Source: an uncultured bacterium
Lineage (GTDB): Bacteria; Lernaellota; Lernaellaia; JACKCT01
DNA: 64,000 nt
Assembly (NCBI GenBank): GCA_964586775.1
Contig: CAZPJD010000184.1
Coordinates: forward strand, 1,668 to 65,667
Reading direction: 5' to 3'
The notes beneath the pieces were generated by a model. That model did not search any database, was not told where the DNA came from, and saw nothing but the letters and a program-made list of their open reading frames with translations. Both the position numbers and the translations under genes were made by a program. Numbering within the stretch: position 1 is the first letter of the stretch; every line of letters starts with the position of its first letter. Positions 8,212 to 16,950 of this stretch are shown in pieces.

Positions 8212-10764
8212 ATGAAAAAACTCGCATTCCCGGCGATGTTCGCACTCGTTTTCCTCACGGCGTCGCCATCGTTCGGCGCGGACTTCACGATCACCATCGG
8301 AACGATCGACGCGGGGGTGCAGCTCTTTCGCGTCGTGGACGACGCCCCGACGCAACTCACCGCCGGCGCGCAGTTCACGGTCGCGGAGGGAACCGCCGTC
8401 CTGCTCCGTTCGACGTACAATCAGGCGCCGCCGGATACCGGACCGTTCGACGATTTGATCGAGGTGCATCGGAACATGGACATCTCCGTCCATGCCCGGC
8501 GGTACAACTCGCTCCCCGGCGCTCCGGTCTACCTCGACGCCGACATGGCCTACACGCCGGACGACATCTTCATCATCGCGGCCACCTTTACGCCGGGGAC
8601 CATCCAGATCGACTTTCAGAATCCGCCGGACGATGCGCCGGTCGAGATCGTCGGCCTGCACGCGATGGTGGTCTCCGCGATTCTGAATCCGCTCGGCGAT
8701 CCCGATCACACCGGTTCGCCCGAGGGCGTGGCCGAGGTGTTTTACGGGACGGTCGAGAGCGGAGGCTTGTTGTCGATTCGTTCCACTTGCGATGACGAGG
8801 TCAGCACCGTCTTCAATCGCTTGGCGGGCAACTCCTTCTCGTTCGAGGGCGACTGCGCCGGGATGCAGGACGTCATGGCGCAGGAGATCGACGCGTGGTT
8901 CGTCTCGATCACCTCTGCGGACGTGACGTGGTGGAACATGCGCCTTTCGGGCCAACTCTTCAGCTCCGGCTACGTCGGTCACGGCCTCAACGACGAGTTG
9001 CCCGAGGTCATCACGCTCTCCGGCGATCCGATGATCTGGTTCAAGGCGCGTGATCCCGAAACGTGGAATCTGCCGCCCGCGACGGTCATCCGGGAAGGCG
9101 GCACGCCGATCGTCTTTGAGAACGAAGGCATGGGCGATTACGTTTTCTGGGAAACGCGCCTGGATGGACCGATGTTTTGGCTGAACTCCACGGACGGTCC
9201 CGAGTTTTTCCACCTGCTCGGTCCGGTGACCGAGGCGGACTTCCTCTGGTGGCGCTACCACAACACGGGTTCAGACGAGCTCACCGTCAATTTCTACGCC
9301 GCGGACTCGGGCAATGCGTTCGCAACGACGCGGTTCGACGGCGATTTCGGGACGGGTGGACAGGACTTCTGGCAACCGCTTCTGACGACGGCGATTCCGG
9401 GTGGATACGGATACGACGACGGCTCGACGTACGCCCCACTCAGCGTGCTGCGTCTCGATTCCGGGATCCTGTACGTCGAGTCGGACTCGGAGGTCGGCGA
9501 TGCAACGCTCTCCCTCGCCGACGGGCAGGATCTGCTGATCGTCTCGGGCGCATCGTCGCTGTGGTTCAGGGGTCCGGAGGAGTCGGGCCTGCATTTCGAC
9601 ACGGGGGCGGGCTCCCACTGGGTGTTTGAGGAAGGTCTGACGTACGTCGGCGAGATTCCGTCGATGCCCATTCAGATGAACCTCGTCGAATTCGATATCA
9701 CCCCCGGCAACACGCAGGCCAGCATCACGGCGAACACGAACTACAAGGGCGGCGGCGACGATTTCAACACGATGTACGTCGCGTATCGGCGATCCGAGGA
9801 TTTCGGCAGACACTTCGTCCGGCAGGACATGATTTACGATTCGGGCACGAACAACTGGACAGCCGACGTGGTGCTCGACGAGGTCGGCGAGTACCTGTTC
9901 TACTCGGTGGTGGTGCAAAACGACGGCCAATGGGGGCGCCTGAACGATCACGCGGTTTGGGTGCTCGACACCGACGCGGATTCAATCCTCGACGATTACG
10001 ATAACTGCATCGAGGTCGCGAACCTCGATCAGACGGAAACGGACGGCGACGGCGTCGGCGACGCCTGCGACAACTGCGTGGACGACGAAAATCCCGACCA
10101 GGAAAACCAGGACGGCGACGCGGCCGGCGACGCGTGCGACCTGTGCCCGTCGAATCCCGAAAAGTTGGAGCCAATGGTGTGTGGTTGCGACGCGCCGGAC
10201 GCCGACAACGATCACGACGGCACGCTCAACTGCGAGGACGGTTGCCCGAACGACGGCGCCAAGACCGAGGCCGGGCAGTGCGGCTGCGGACTCCCCGACA
10301 CCGACAGCGACGGCGACACGGTCGCGAACTGCGTGGACGGGTGCCCGAACGACGGCGATAAGACGGAGCCCGGCGTGTGCGGTTGCGGCGAGTCCGATGC
10401 GGACTCCGATTCCGACGGGACGGTTGACTGCAACGATGGTTGCCCAAACGATCCCGATAAAACGGGCCCCGGCGCGTGCGGATGCGGCGTGTCAGATGTG
10501 GACCTCGACGAAAACGGAATTCCGGATTGCTTCGACGTGACCGACGACGACACCGACGATGACGTGGACGACGATCCCGATGACGACGCCGACGACGACA
10601 CCGATGACGACGCCGATGACGACGCCGACGACGACACGGACGACGACTCGGGCGACGACGACAACAACTTTGGCGTTGATGACGACGACGACGTTCCGGA
10701 CGTCGACGGGCGCGACGGCGACGGTCTGGATGCCACCGACGACAACGGGGTGTGCGGATGCTGA
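8212..10764 (+). CDS. Secreted large protein, paralog A: novel ~620-aa N-terminal region + thrombospondin-type-3-like and CPND..CGCG repeats + poly-Asp tail ending GVCGC
   Basis: ATG 8212 with GGGAGA SD. Signal peptide MKKLAFPAMFALVFLTASPSFGA. TSP3-like DxDxDGxGDxCDxC motifs. Four CPNDxxKTxPGxCGCGxxDxDSDxDG repeats. Acidic tail. Strong similarity to the next gene. Confidence 0.8.
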   Translation: MKKLAFPAMFALVFLTASPSFGADFTITIGTIDAGVQLFRVVDDAPTQLTAGAQFTVAEGTAVLLRSTYNQAPPDTGPFDDLIEVHRNMDISVHARRYNSLPGAPVYLDADMAYTPDDIFIIAATFTPGTIQIDFQNPPDDAPVEIVGLHAMVVSAILNPLGDPDHTGSPEGVAEVFYGTVESGGLLSIRSTCDDEVSTVFNRLAGNSFSFEGDCAGMQDVMAQEIDAWFVSITSADVTWWNMRLSGQLFSSGYVGHGLNDELPEVITLSGDPMIWFKARDPETWNLPPATVIREGGTPIVFENEGMGDYVFWETRLDGPMFWLNSTDGPEFFHLLGPVTEADFLWWRYHNTGSDELTVNFYAADSGNAFATTRFDGDFGTGGQDFWQPLLTTAIPGGYGYDDGSTYAPLSVLRLDSGILYVESDSEVGDATLSLADGQDLLIVSGASSLWFRGPEESGLHFDTGAGSHWVFEEGLTYVGEIPSMPIQMNLVEFDITPGNTQASITANTNYKGGGDDFNTMYVAYRRSEDFGRHFVRQDMIYDSGTNNWTADVVLDEVGEYLFYSVVVQNDGQWGRLNDHAVWVLDTDADSILDDYDNCIEVANLDQTETDGDGVGDACDNCVDDENPDQENQDGDAAGDACDLCPSNPEKLEPMVCGCDAPDADNDHDGTLNCEDGCPNDGAKTEAGQCGCGLPDTDSDGDTVANCVDGCPNDGDKTEPGVCGCGESDADSDSDGTVDCNDGCPNDPDKTGPGACGCGVSDVDLDENGIPDCFDVTDDDTDDDVDDDPDDDADDDTDDDADDDADDDTDDDSGDDDNNFGVDDDDDVPDVDGRDGDGLDATDDNGVCGC
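10537..10695 (+). repeat. GAC/GAT-rich low-complexity tract (poly-Asp tail of paralog A)
   Basis: Near-continuous gac/gat codons interrupted by single acc/gcc/gtg codons (DDDTDDDVDDDPDDDADDD...). Confidence 0.8.
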
Positions 10765-13334
10765 AGTCAACATCGAAACCGTTGATCGCGTTCACGGCGC
10801 TCGTGCTCTGTTTGTGCGCCACGACCGCTCACGCCGCTACGGTCACCATCACAGTGGGGACCCTCGACGAGGACACCGAACTGTTCATTAACGGCAGCGA
10901 AGTGACCGCGGGAGCCGAGGTCGTCGTCACCAAAGGCAGCACCGTCGAATTCAAGTCCTATCTCAACATCGGTATCTTCGCGAGCATCGAGGCGATCGAT
11001 ACGATCGACATTCAACGCGACATGGACGTATCGCTCCACGCGCTGATGTTGCCGAACGACCAGCCTGGCGGCGAGATCGAACTCGACAACGACATGGACT
11101 ACACGCCGGACGACATTTTCATCATCCACACCGAGTCCATGGGCGGCGACTTTGCGATCATGATGGATGATCCACCGGCCGACGAGCCCGTGCGCATCCT
11201 CGGACTGCACGCCGCGGTACCCAGTGTCATTTTGGCCCCTCTTGGGAATCCGAGCCACTCCGGCGAGCCGACCGGATTCTCCGACATCTTTTACGGAAGC
11301 GTCAGTACGAACGGCGTCATCCGCATCCAGTCGACCTGCGACGATGACGTGAGCACGGTATTCAATCGTCTGGAAGGTGGTGCGTTCGAGTTTGACAGCG
11401 GCTGCGTAGGCACGCAGGACATCATGGTTCAGGAACTCCTGGCCAGCTTCATCTCGATTCAGGACACCGAACTGACATGGTGGAGCGCGTCGATCGCCGA
11501 TCGCATCGTCGGCGGAGGCGGCTTCGGAAACGCTTTGAACGACGATCTGCCGGAAGTCGACGACATGACGGCGGACCCAATGATATGGTTCAAGGCGAAA
11601 AATCCGTCCAAGTGGGGGCTTTTTCCGAAGACCATCATCCAGATGGACAACAACGTCCCGTGGTTCCTCATTCGGCAGGGACACGGCGACCACGTGTTTT
11701 GGGAGACGCGGCTTCCGGGCCCGATGTTCTGGCTGAACCAGACCGACGGCCCTGAATTCGTCCACTTGCTCGGCCCCGTGACGGAGATGGACTACTTCTG
11801 GTGGCGCTACCACAACACGGGATCCGACGAACTCACGGTCAACTTCTATGCGCCCGACACGGGAAACGTTTTCGGAACGAACCGATTCGACGGTGACTTT
11901 GGCAGCGGAGGGCAGGACTTCTGGAAGTCTCTCCTAACGGCGAATGTTCCGAGCGGTTACGGTTATGAAAGCGGCTCAGTCCTGTCGAGCATTCACCTGC
12001 TGCGTCTCGCCGAGGGCGGGTTCTACATCGAGTCCGACACGGGAACGGGCGCGGCGACGCTGGCAATCGCCGACGATCAGGATCTGCTCATAGCATCGGG
12101 CACGACCTCGCTGTGGTTTCGCGGCCCCGAGCCGGCCAGTATCCAGTATGAAACGGGGACCGGTGCCCATTGGGTGGTCGAGGAGGGATTGACCAACGTG
12201 GGTGAAACACCTCCCGTCGATTTTCACATGGCCATCAGCGAGTACGATCAGAGCGACGGCGGGGCGATCCACCACATCGAGGTTTCGTCCGACTATAAGG
12301 GCGGCGGCAACACGTTCAACACGGTCTATCTGGCCTACCGGTCGGCGAACGACTTCGGCGAACCATTCCAGCGAAAGTTCTTCACATACAACGCGGGGAC
12401 GGGTTTCTGGACCGTGGATCTGACGCTCGACAAAGAGGGTGAGTGGTTCTTCTACTCGGTCGTTACTCAAAACGACGGCCCTTGGGGTCGTTTGACGGAA
12501 CACTCGGTCATCGTGACCGACGAAGATTCGGACGGAATCTTCGACGACTTCGACAACTGCATCGAGACGCCAAATTCGTCGCAGACCGATTCCGACAACG
12601 ACGACGTGGGCAATCTTTGCGACAACTGCATCAACGCGTCGAATCCGAGCCAAACGGACACGGACGGCGATGGCCCGGGGGACGCGTGCGACGGTTGCCC
12701 CAACGACCCCAACAAGACCGAGCCTCTGATCTGCGGATGCGGTCAGGAGGAACGTGACATCGATGGCGACAGCACGCTCGACTGTGTGGATGACTGCCCG
12801 ACGGATCCGAACAAGTCGAGCGAAGGCCAATGCGGTTGCTTCATCCCCGATACCGATAACGACGGCGATGGAACCGCGAACTGCCTCGACGGTTGCCCGG
12901 ACAACAACGAGAAGACCGAGCCCGGCGTCTGCGGTTGCGACAGGCCCGATGTCGATTCCGACTCTGACGGCACGCCGAACTGCGTCGACGAGTGCCCCGA
13001 CGATCCCGATAAGACGGATCCCGGCGCTTGCGGATGCTTCGTCTCCGACGAAGACCTGAACGACAACGGCATTCCCGATTGCTTTGAGTCCGGCGACGAC
13101 GACAGTGACGACGACGCGGACGACGATGCCGATGACGACACGGATGACGATGCCGACGACGATTCCGATGACGACGACGCGGATGACGATTCCGATGACG
13201 ACGACACCGCGGACGACGACGGCGGCGGTCCTGGCCCCTCCGATGATGACGAGGACGACGACATCCCGGATGTCGACGGTCGCGGCGGCGATTCTCTCGA
13301 GGCATCGGACGACGGCGGGGCTTGCGGTTGCTGA
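10758..13334 (+). CDS. Secreted large protein, paralog B of the preceding gene (same architecture, ends GACGC)
   Basis: ATG 10758 overlaps the stop of paralog A (ATGCTGA). Signal peptide LIAFTALVLCLCATTAHA. Long collinear identical blocks with paralog A (e.g. VFWETRL.GPMFWLN.TDGPEF.HLLGPVTE, WWRYHNTGSDELTVNFYA, RFDGDFG.GGQDFW). Confidence 0.8.
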   Translation: MLKSTSKPLIAFTALVLCLCATTAHAATVTITVGTLDEDTELFINGSEVTAGAEVVVTKGSTVEFKSYLNIGIFASIEAIDTIDIQRDMDVSLHALMLPNDQPGGEIELDNDMDYTPDDIFIIHTESMGGDFAIMMDDPPADEPVRILGLHAAVPSVILAPLGNPSHSGEPTGFSDIFYGSVSTNGVIRIQSTCDDDVSTVFNRLEGGAFEFDSGCVGTQDIMVQELLASFISIQDTELTWWSASIADRIVGGGGFGNALNDDLPEVDDMTADPMIWFKAKNPSKWGLFPKTIIQMDNNVPWFLIRQGHGDHVFWETRLPGPMFWLNQTDGPEFVHLLGPVTEMDYFWWRYHNTGSDELTVNFYAPDTGNVFGTNRFDGDFGSGGQDFWKSLLTANVPSGYGYESGSVLSSIHLLRLAEGGFYIESDTGTGAATLAIADDQDLLIASGTTSLWFRGPEPASIQYETGTGAHWVVEEGLTNVGETPPVDFHMAISEYDQSDGGAIHHIEVSSDYKGGGNTFNTVYLAYRSANDFGEPFQRKFFTYNAGTGFWTVDLTLDKEGEWFFYSVVTQNDGPWGRLTEHSVIVTDEDSDGIFDDFDNCIETPNSSQTDSDNDDVGNLCDNCINASNPSQTDTDGDGPGDACDGCPNDPNKTEPLICGCGQEERDIDGDSTLDCVDDCPTDPNKSSEGQCGCFIPDTDNDGDGTANCLDGCPDNNEKTEPGVCGCDRPDVDSDSDGTPNCVDECPDDPDKTDPGACGCFVSDEDLNDNGIPDCFESGDDDSDDDADDDADDDTDDDADDDSDDDDADDDSDDDDTADDDGGGPGPSDDDEDDDIPDVDGRGGDSLEASDDGGACGC
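13091..13262 (+). repeat. GAC/GAT-rich low-complexity tract (poly-Asp tail of paralog B)
   Basis: Same codon-repeat composition as 10537..10695. Confidence 0.8.
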
Positions 13335-13374
13335 CCGCGGCCCGCGCCGAACATCGACGACTTATGGAGTACGC

Positions 13375-15207
13375 ATGACGAACGCGCGACCGTGGTGGTT
13401 GGCTCTCCTTCTCGCGCTCGCCTTGTCCGCGTGCGGCGGCGATGACGATGATTCGTCGTCCGACTCCGGCGTCACGGGTGACGACGAAGCCGATGATGAC
13501 GACGCCGATGACGACGCGGCGGATGATGATACGGGCGACGACGACACCTGGCCGCCGCTGCCCGATGACGATGCGGACGATGATACCGAGCCCCCGACCG
13601 ACAGCGGCGCGCTGATCCCCGGTCCCGACGAGGACGCGTTCGACGCGGCGCTGGCGGACAAGGCGCTGCGTTACGCGCATGTGTTCGACGACATGTTCGC
13701 CGAGCCCTTCGGCATGTCGCTCGAAACCTACATCTCCGATCCCGACGACCGCGACGTGGTCGACGATTGGATGACGAACTCCGACCTCGGCGAGGACTTC
13801 GAGGATTACACCGGCACGCCGCTCTATGACGTGATCGACACTTACGACGAGTTCGGCGATCTGGGCATGTTCGGCGGCATGGCCGCCATGGGCGACATCT
13901 ATCGCTACGTGCTTGCGCGCGACGGCGAGTCGGGCGATTTCGCGAGCCTCGACGACCTGCGCCAGAACGTCGTCGAGCTGATGGACGCCCTGCACATCGC
14001 CGTCGCGATCACAGGCGAGCCGGGCGTGCTGGTGCGTGGGTTGCATCCCAAAGGCTTGCCCGGAGGCGATCCCGCAACGCTGCCGCTCTTCGACGGCGGC
14101 GGCGATCCGCAACCGGATCCGAAGACCAACACCTACCGCGAGGACAACTCGGGCGACTACCCCGACTGGCTGTGGATCGACAACACGAGCAAGGACCAGG
14201 TCGACGGCTGGATCCTCGCCATGGGCGCGGTGTGGGACGCCGTGGCCGACGACCCCGACATCGATGACGCACTGAAGACCCGCTTGCAGGACGACGCGCG
14301 GGCGATTGCGGACCTGCTGCGCGAGGTCGCGCCGGAGACGGGACTCGATCTGTCTCTGCGCGACGCTGACGGTCGCCTGACGAGCTTTCACGACCTGAAC
14401 GCGCTCGAACTCGAGGGCGTGGTGTTTCCCGAATTTCTGGGGCTCGGCAACGGCTTCAACGCCGTTATGTCGCTCGGTTTCATCAAGACGCTCGCGTTCA
14501 TCACCGGGGACGCCGATCTGATGGACTACTGGGACGAGCTGTATTTCGACCGCGACTATCCCCGTTACGTGGATCAGACGTTCAAGATCACCATGACGGG
14601 TCCGTTCACGAACTGGTCGAACGCGAACATGGCGTTTTGCGCGATCTATCCGCTGCTGCGTTACGAGGCCGACCCCACCATCCGCGCCTATTGGCAGGAG
14701 GTCCTTCGGCGCGATCTGTGGGTGACGTGGTTCGACGGTTGGGGCGCGGCGGACACCGACCTCGCGTGGTTCAACGTGATCTACGCGGCGTTTTCGCCGG
14801 GCAGCAGCGACACGGCCGCGGCCGACGCCGCCGCCGAGGACCTGGCGGGATTCCCGGAGCCGCCCTACTGGAACGACGCGGTCATCAATTGCGATCCGTC
14901 TGAACTCGCGGCCGGCGAGTGCCTCGCCGTGGACGGCGTCACGACGATCACCCTTGCCGGCGCGCACATCGGCGGCACGTTCTATCCGTACCTCGGTCAC
15001 AACGACGCCTACAACTCGGTTGATCCGATCCCGCGGGCCATCCGGCCGCCGTCGAACTTCAACTGGCGCTCAAATCCGTTCGAGCCCAACGGCGGCGGTG
15101 GATCGCGGCTCAACCCCGGTGGCGATTTCCACGGGGCGTACTGGCTGGGCCGCTACCTGCGCCGCGCGTCGGTTTCGTCGCTGAACATCGCCGATCACGC
15201 CTGGTAG
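13375..15207 (+). CDS. Lipoprotein with poly-Asp linker, uncharacterised C-terminal domain
   Basis: In-frame ATG 13375 gives signal plus lipobox (WWLALLLALALSAC) followed by an Asp-rich linker. The longer track ORF (from 13084) is read-through of the upstream acidic tail in another frame context. No family recognised for the remaining ~530 aa. Confidence 0.7.
   Translation: MTNARPWWLALLLALALSACGGDDDDSSSDSGVTGDDEADDDDADDDAADDDTGDDDTWPPLPDDDADDDTEPPTDSGALIPGPDEDAFDAALADKALRYAHVFDDMFAEPFGMSLETYISDPDDRDVVDDWMTNSDLGEDFEDYTGTPLYDVIDTYDEFGDLGMFGGMAAMGDIYRYVLARDGESGDFASLDDLRQNVVELMDALHIAVAITGEPGVLVRGLHPKGLPGGDPATLPLFDGGGDPQPDPKTNTYREDNSGDYPDWLWIDNTSKDQVDGWILAMGAVWDAVADDPDIDDALKTRLQDDARAIADLLREVAPETGLDLSLRDADGRLTSFHDLNALELEGVVFPEFLGLGNGFNAVMSLGFIKTLAFITGDADLMDYWDELYFDRDYPRYVDQTFKITMTGPFTNWSNANMAFCAIYPLLRYEADPTIRAYWQEVLRRDLWVTWFDGWGAADTDLAWFNVIYAAFSPGSSDTAAADAAAEDLAGFPEPPYWNDAVINCDPSELAAGECLAVDGVTTITLAGAHIGGTFYPYLGHNDAYNSVDPIPRAIRPPSNFNWRSNPFEPNGGGGSRLNPGGDFHGAYWLGRYLRRASVSSLNIADHAW
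13441..13587 (+). repeat. GAC/GAT-rich low-complexity tract (poly-Asp linker)
   Basis: gat/gac codon runs directly after the lipobox. Confidence 0.8.
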
Positions 15208-15296
15208 CGCACGAAGCGTCGATCACGATTTTTCTTGCGACGCCCAAGTCCCGGCACTAAGATGATGTCCGCCTCTATTTTCCCTGGGGTCGGGCG

Positions 15297-16673
15297 ATGA
15301 AGAACTTTTTCCGCTTCGAGGAACTGGGGACTTCGTACAAGACCGAGACGCTTGCCGGCGTCACCACCTTCATGACGATGGCCTACATCATCGTCGTGAA
15401 CCCCGCGATCCTGTCGCATTCGTTCGGCGCGAAGATGAGCTTCGAGGCCGTGATGGCGGCGACCTGCATCGCGTCGGCGGTCGCCACGGTCGTCATGGCG
15501 CTGTGGGCGAAGTACCCCATCGCCCTCGCGCCGGGCATGGGGCTCAACGCGTTTTTCAGTTTCGAGATCTGCAACATGGTGGCCGCGCTTCAAGCGCAGC
15601 ACCAGGTCGCCGAGGGCGTCGAACCTTGGAAGATCGCGCTCGGCATGGTCTTCATGTCCGGGTGCCTCTTCCTGCTGCTCACGTTCCTGAAAATTCGCGA
15701 GATGATCGTCAACTCGGTGCCGACGGCGCTCAAGCACGGCATCGCGTGTGGCATCGGATTGTTCATCGCGTTCATCGGGCTAGAAGAAGCCGGAGTCATC
15801 ACCTCGCACCCGGTCACGTTCGTGCAACTCGGCAAGCTCGCCGAGCCCGCGACAATCCTCGCGATCATCGGCCTCGCGATCACCCTCGGGCTCATGGCCA
15901 TGCGGGTGCGCGGCGCGATCTTGATCGGCCTCGTCGCGACGGGTCTGCTCGGCATTCCCTTCGGCATCGTGCGTTTCGAGGGCGTGCTCAGCGCTCCGCC
16001 GCAGCCGACCGCGCTCTTTCAGATGGACCTCGGTCACGCATTTTCGCTCTACTTCATCACGCCGATTCTGATGCTGCTCTTTTTCGACATGTTCGACACC
16101 ATCGGCACGCTCATCGGCGTCGGCCAAAAGGGCGGCATGTTGGTCGACGGCAAGCTCCCCCGCGCCACGCAGGCCCTCGCGGCGGACGCCGTCGGCACCA
16201 TCGTCGGCGCGGCGACGGGCACCAGCACGGTGACGAGCTACATCGAATCCGCCGCAGGCGTCGCCGAGGGCGGGCGCACGGGATTCGCGAGTCTCGTGAC
16301 CGCGGCGCTTTTTCTGGTCGCCATGTTTTTTTCGCCGCTCGTCAAGATGTTCGGCGCGTCGGTTCCGTCTTCGCTGAACCCCGAGATTTTTCTTCGCCCC
16401 GTGACGGCCCCGGCGCTCATCACCGTGGGCTTTTTGATGATGTCGTCGATACGGCACATCGATTGGGACGACATCACCGAGGGCGGCCCCGCGTTTCTGA
16501 CCGTGCTGACGATGCCGCTGACGTTTTCCATCAGCCACGGTTTCGCCATTGGCTTTATCAGCTATCCGCTGCTCAAGGCCGCGGCGGGCAAGGCCAAGGA
16601 GGTCCCGGAGCTCGTATGGGGACTCATGGCGATCTTCCTCGCGCGCTACCTGTTCCTTCCGATTCACCTCTAG
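15297..16673 (+). CDS. NCS2-family purine (adenine/guanine/hypoxanthine) permease, AzgA/PurP type
   Basis: 458 aa, polytopic. N-terminus MKNFFRFEELGTSYKTETLAGVTTFMTMAYIIVVNP and later motifs (GTSTVTSYIESAAGVAEGGRTG) are typical of this family. Confidence 0.9.
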   Translation: MKNFFRFEELGTSYKTETLAGVTTFMTMAYIIVVNPAILSHSFGAKMSFEAVMAATCIASAVATVVMALWAKYPIALAPGMGLNAFFSFEICNMVAALQAQHQVAEGVEPWKIALGMVFMSGCLFLLLTFLKIREMIVNSVPTALKHGIACGIGLFIAFIGLEEAGVITSHPVTFVQLGKLAEPATILAIIGLAITLGLMAMRVRGAILIGLVATGLLGIPFGIVRFEGVLSAPPQPTALFQMDLGHAFSLYFITPILMLLFFDMFDTIGTLIGVGQKGGMLVDGKLPRATQALAADAVGTIVGAATGTSTVTSYIESAAGVAEGGRTGFASLVTAALFLVAMFFSPLVKMFGASVPSSLNPEIFLRPVTAPALITVGFLMMSSIRHIDWDDITEGGPAFLTVLTMPLTFSISHGFAIGFISYPLLKAAAGKAKEVPELVWGLMAIFLARYLFLPIHL

Positions 16674-16722
16674 GTGTCGGGCGGGCTTTTCACCGCCGGT
16701 TGTGGATGGTAAGACCGACTCC

Positions 16723-16950
16723 ATGAACAAGCCGTTACGCCTGCTCGCGGCGATCGCCGGCCTCGTCGCACTCGCGTGCGTCGCGGGGTGCGCCGTCGTC
16801 GCGCCTTACGAACGCGCGGCGCTCGCCGATCCCATTCTCACGCTCGACGAATCGGATCTCGCGGGGCTCTACGAAATGAAGATGCTGGAAACCCGCGAGG
16901 CGGGCCTCGCCGCGATTGGCGGCGCGGCAGCGGGTTGCGGCTGCAAGTGA
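16723..16950 (+). CDS. Small lipoprotein, DUF4266-like (C-terminus GCGCK)
   Basis: In-frame ATG 16723 gives a 75-aa product with signal plus lipobox (LVALACVAGC), PYERAALADP and a Gly/Cys C-terminus. Immediately followed (stop TGA then ATG) by a DUF3570-like gene, the usual partner as I recall it. Confidence 0.65.
   Translation: MNKPLRLLAAIAGLVALACVAGCAVVAPYERAALADPILTLDESDLAGLYEMKMLETREAGLAAIGGAAAGCGCK

Noticed and set aside
10741-10764. MYXO-CTERM/PEP-CTERM-like sorting signal at the Cys-containing C-termini.
   Set aside because: Those signals need a hydrophobic helix and a basic tail after the Cys or PEP motif. Here the protein stops directly after CGC.
10762-13334. UGA read-through or selenocysteine at the stops of the two paralogs (both end CGC-TGA, and selC is present).
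   Set aside because: The in-frame continuation after each TGA is short (6 and about 37 codons), has no hydrophobic anchor or recognisable motif, and I saw no SECIS-like hairpin directly downstream.
15208-15296. Purine riboswitch upstream of the NCS2 purine permease.
   Set aside because: The 89-nt spacer lacks the conserved three-way-junction sequence features (UAUA...GGAU-AUGG...CCGUAAA-type loops) and is too short for aptamer plus expression platform.
16549-16722. Longer 133-aa version of the DUF4266-like ORF starting at 16549.
   Set aside because: The extension overlaps the 3' end of the permease gene in another frame and adds an Arg/Ser-rich non-signal sequence. The internal ATG 16723 yields a canonical lipoprotein signal.
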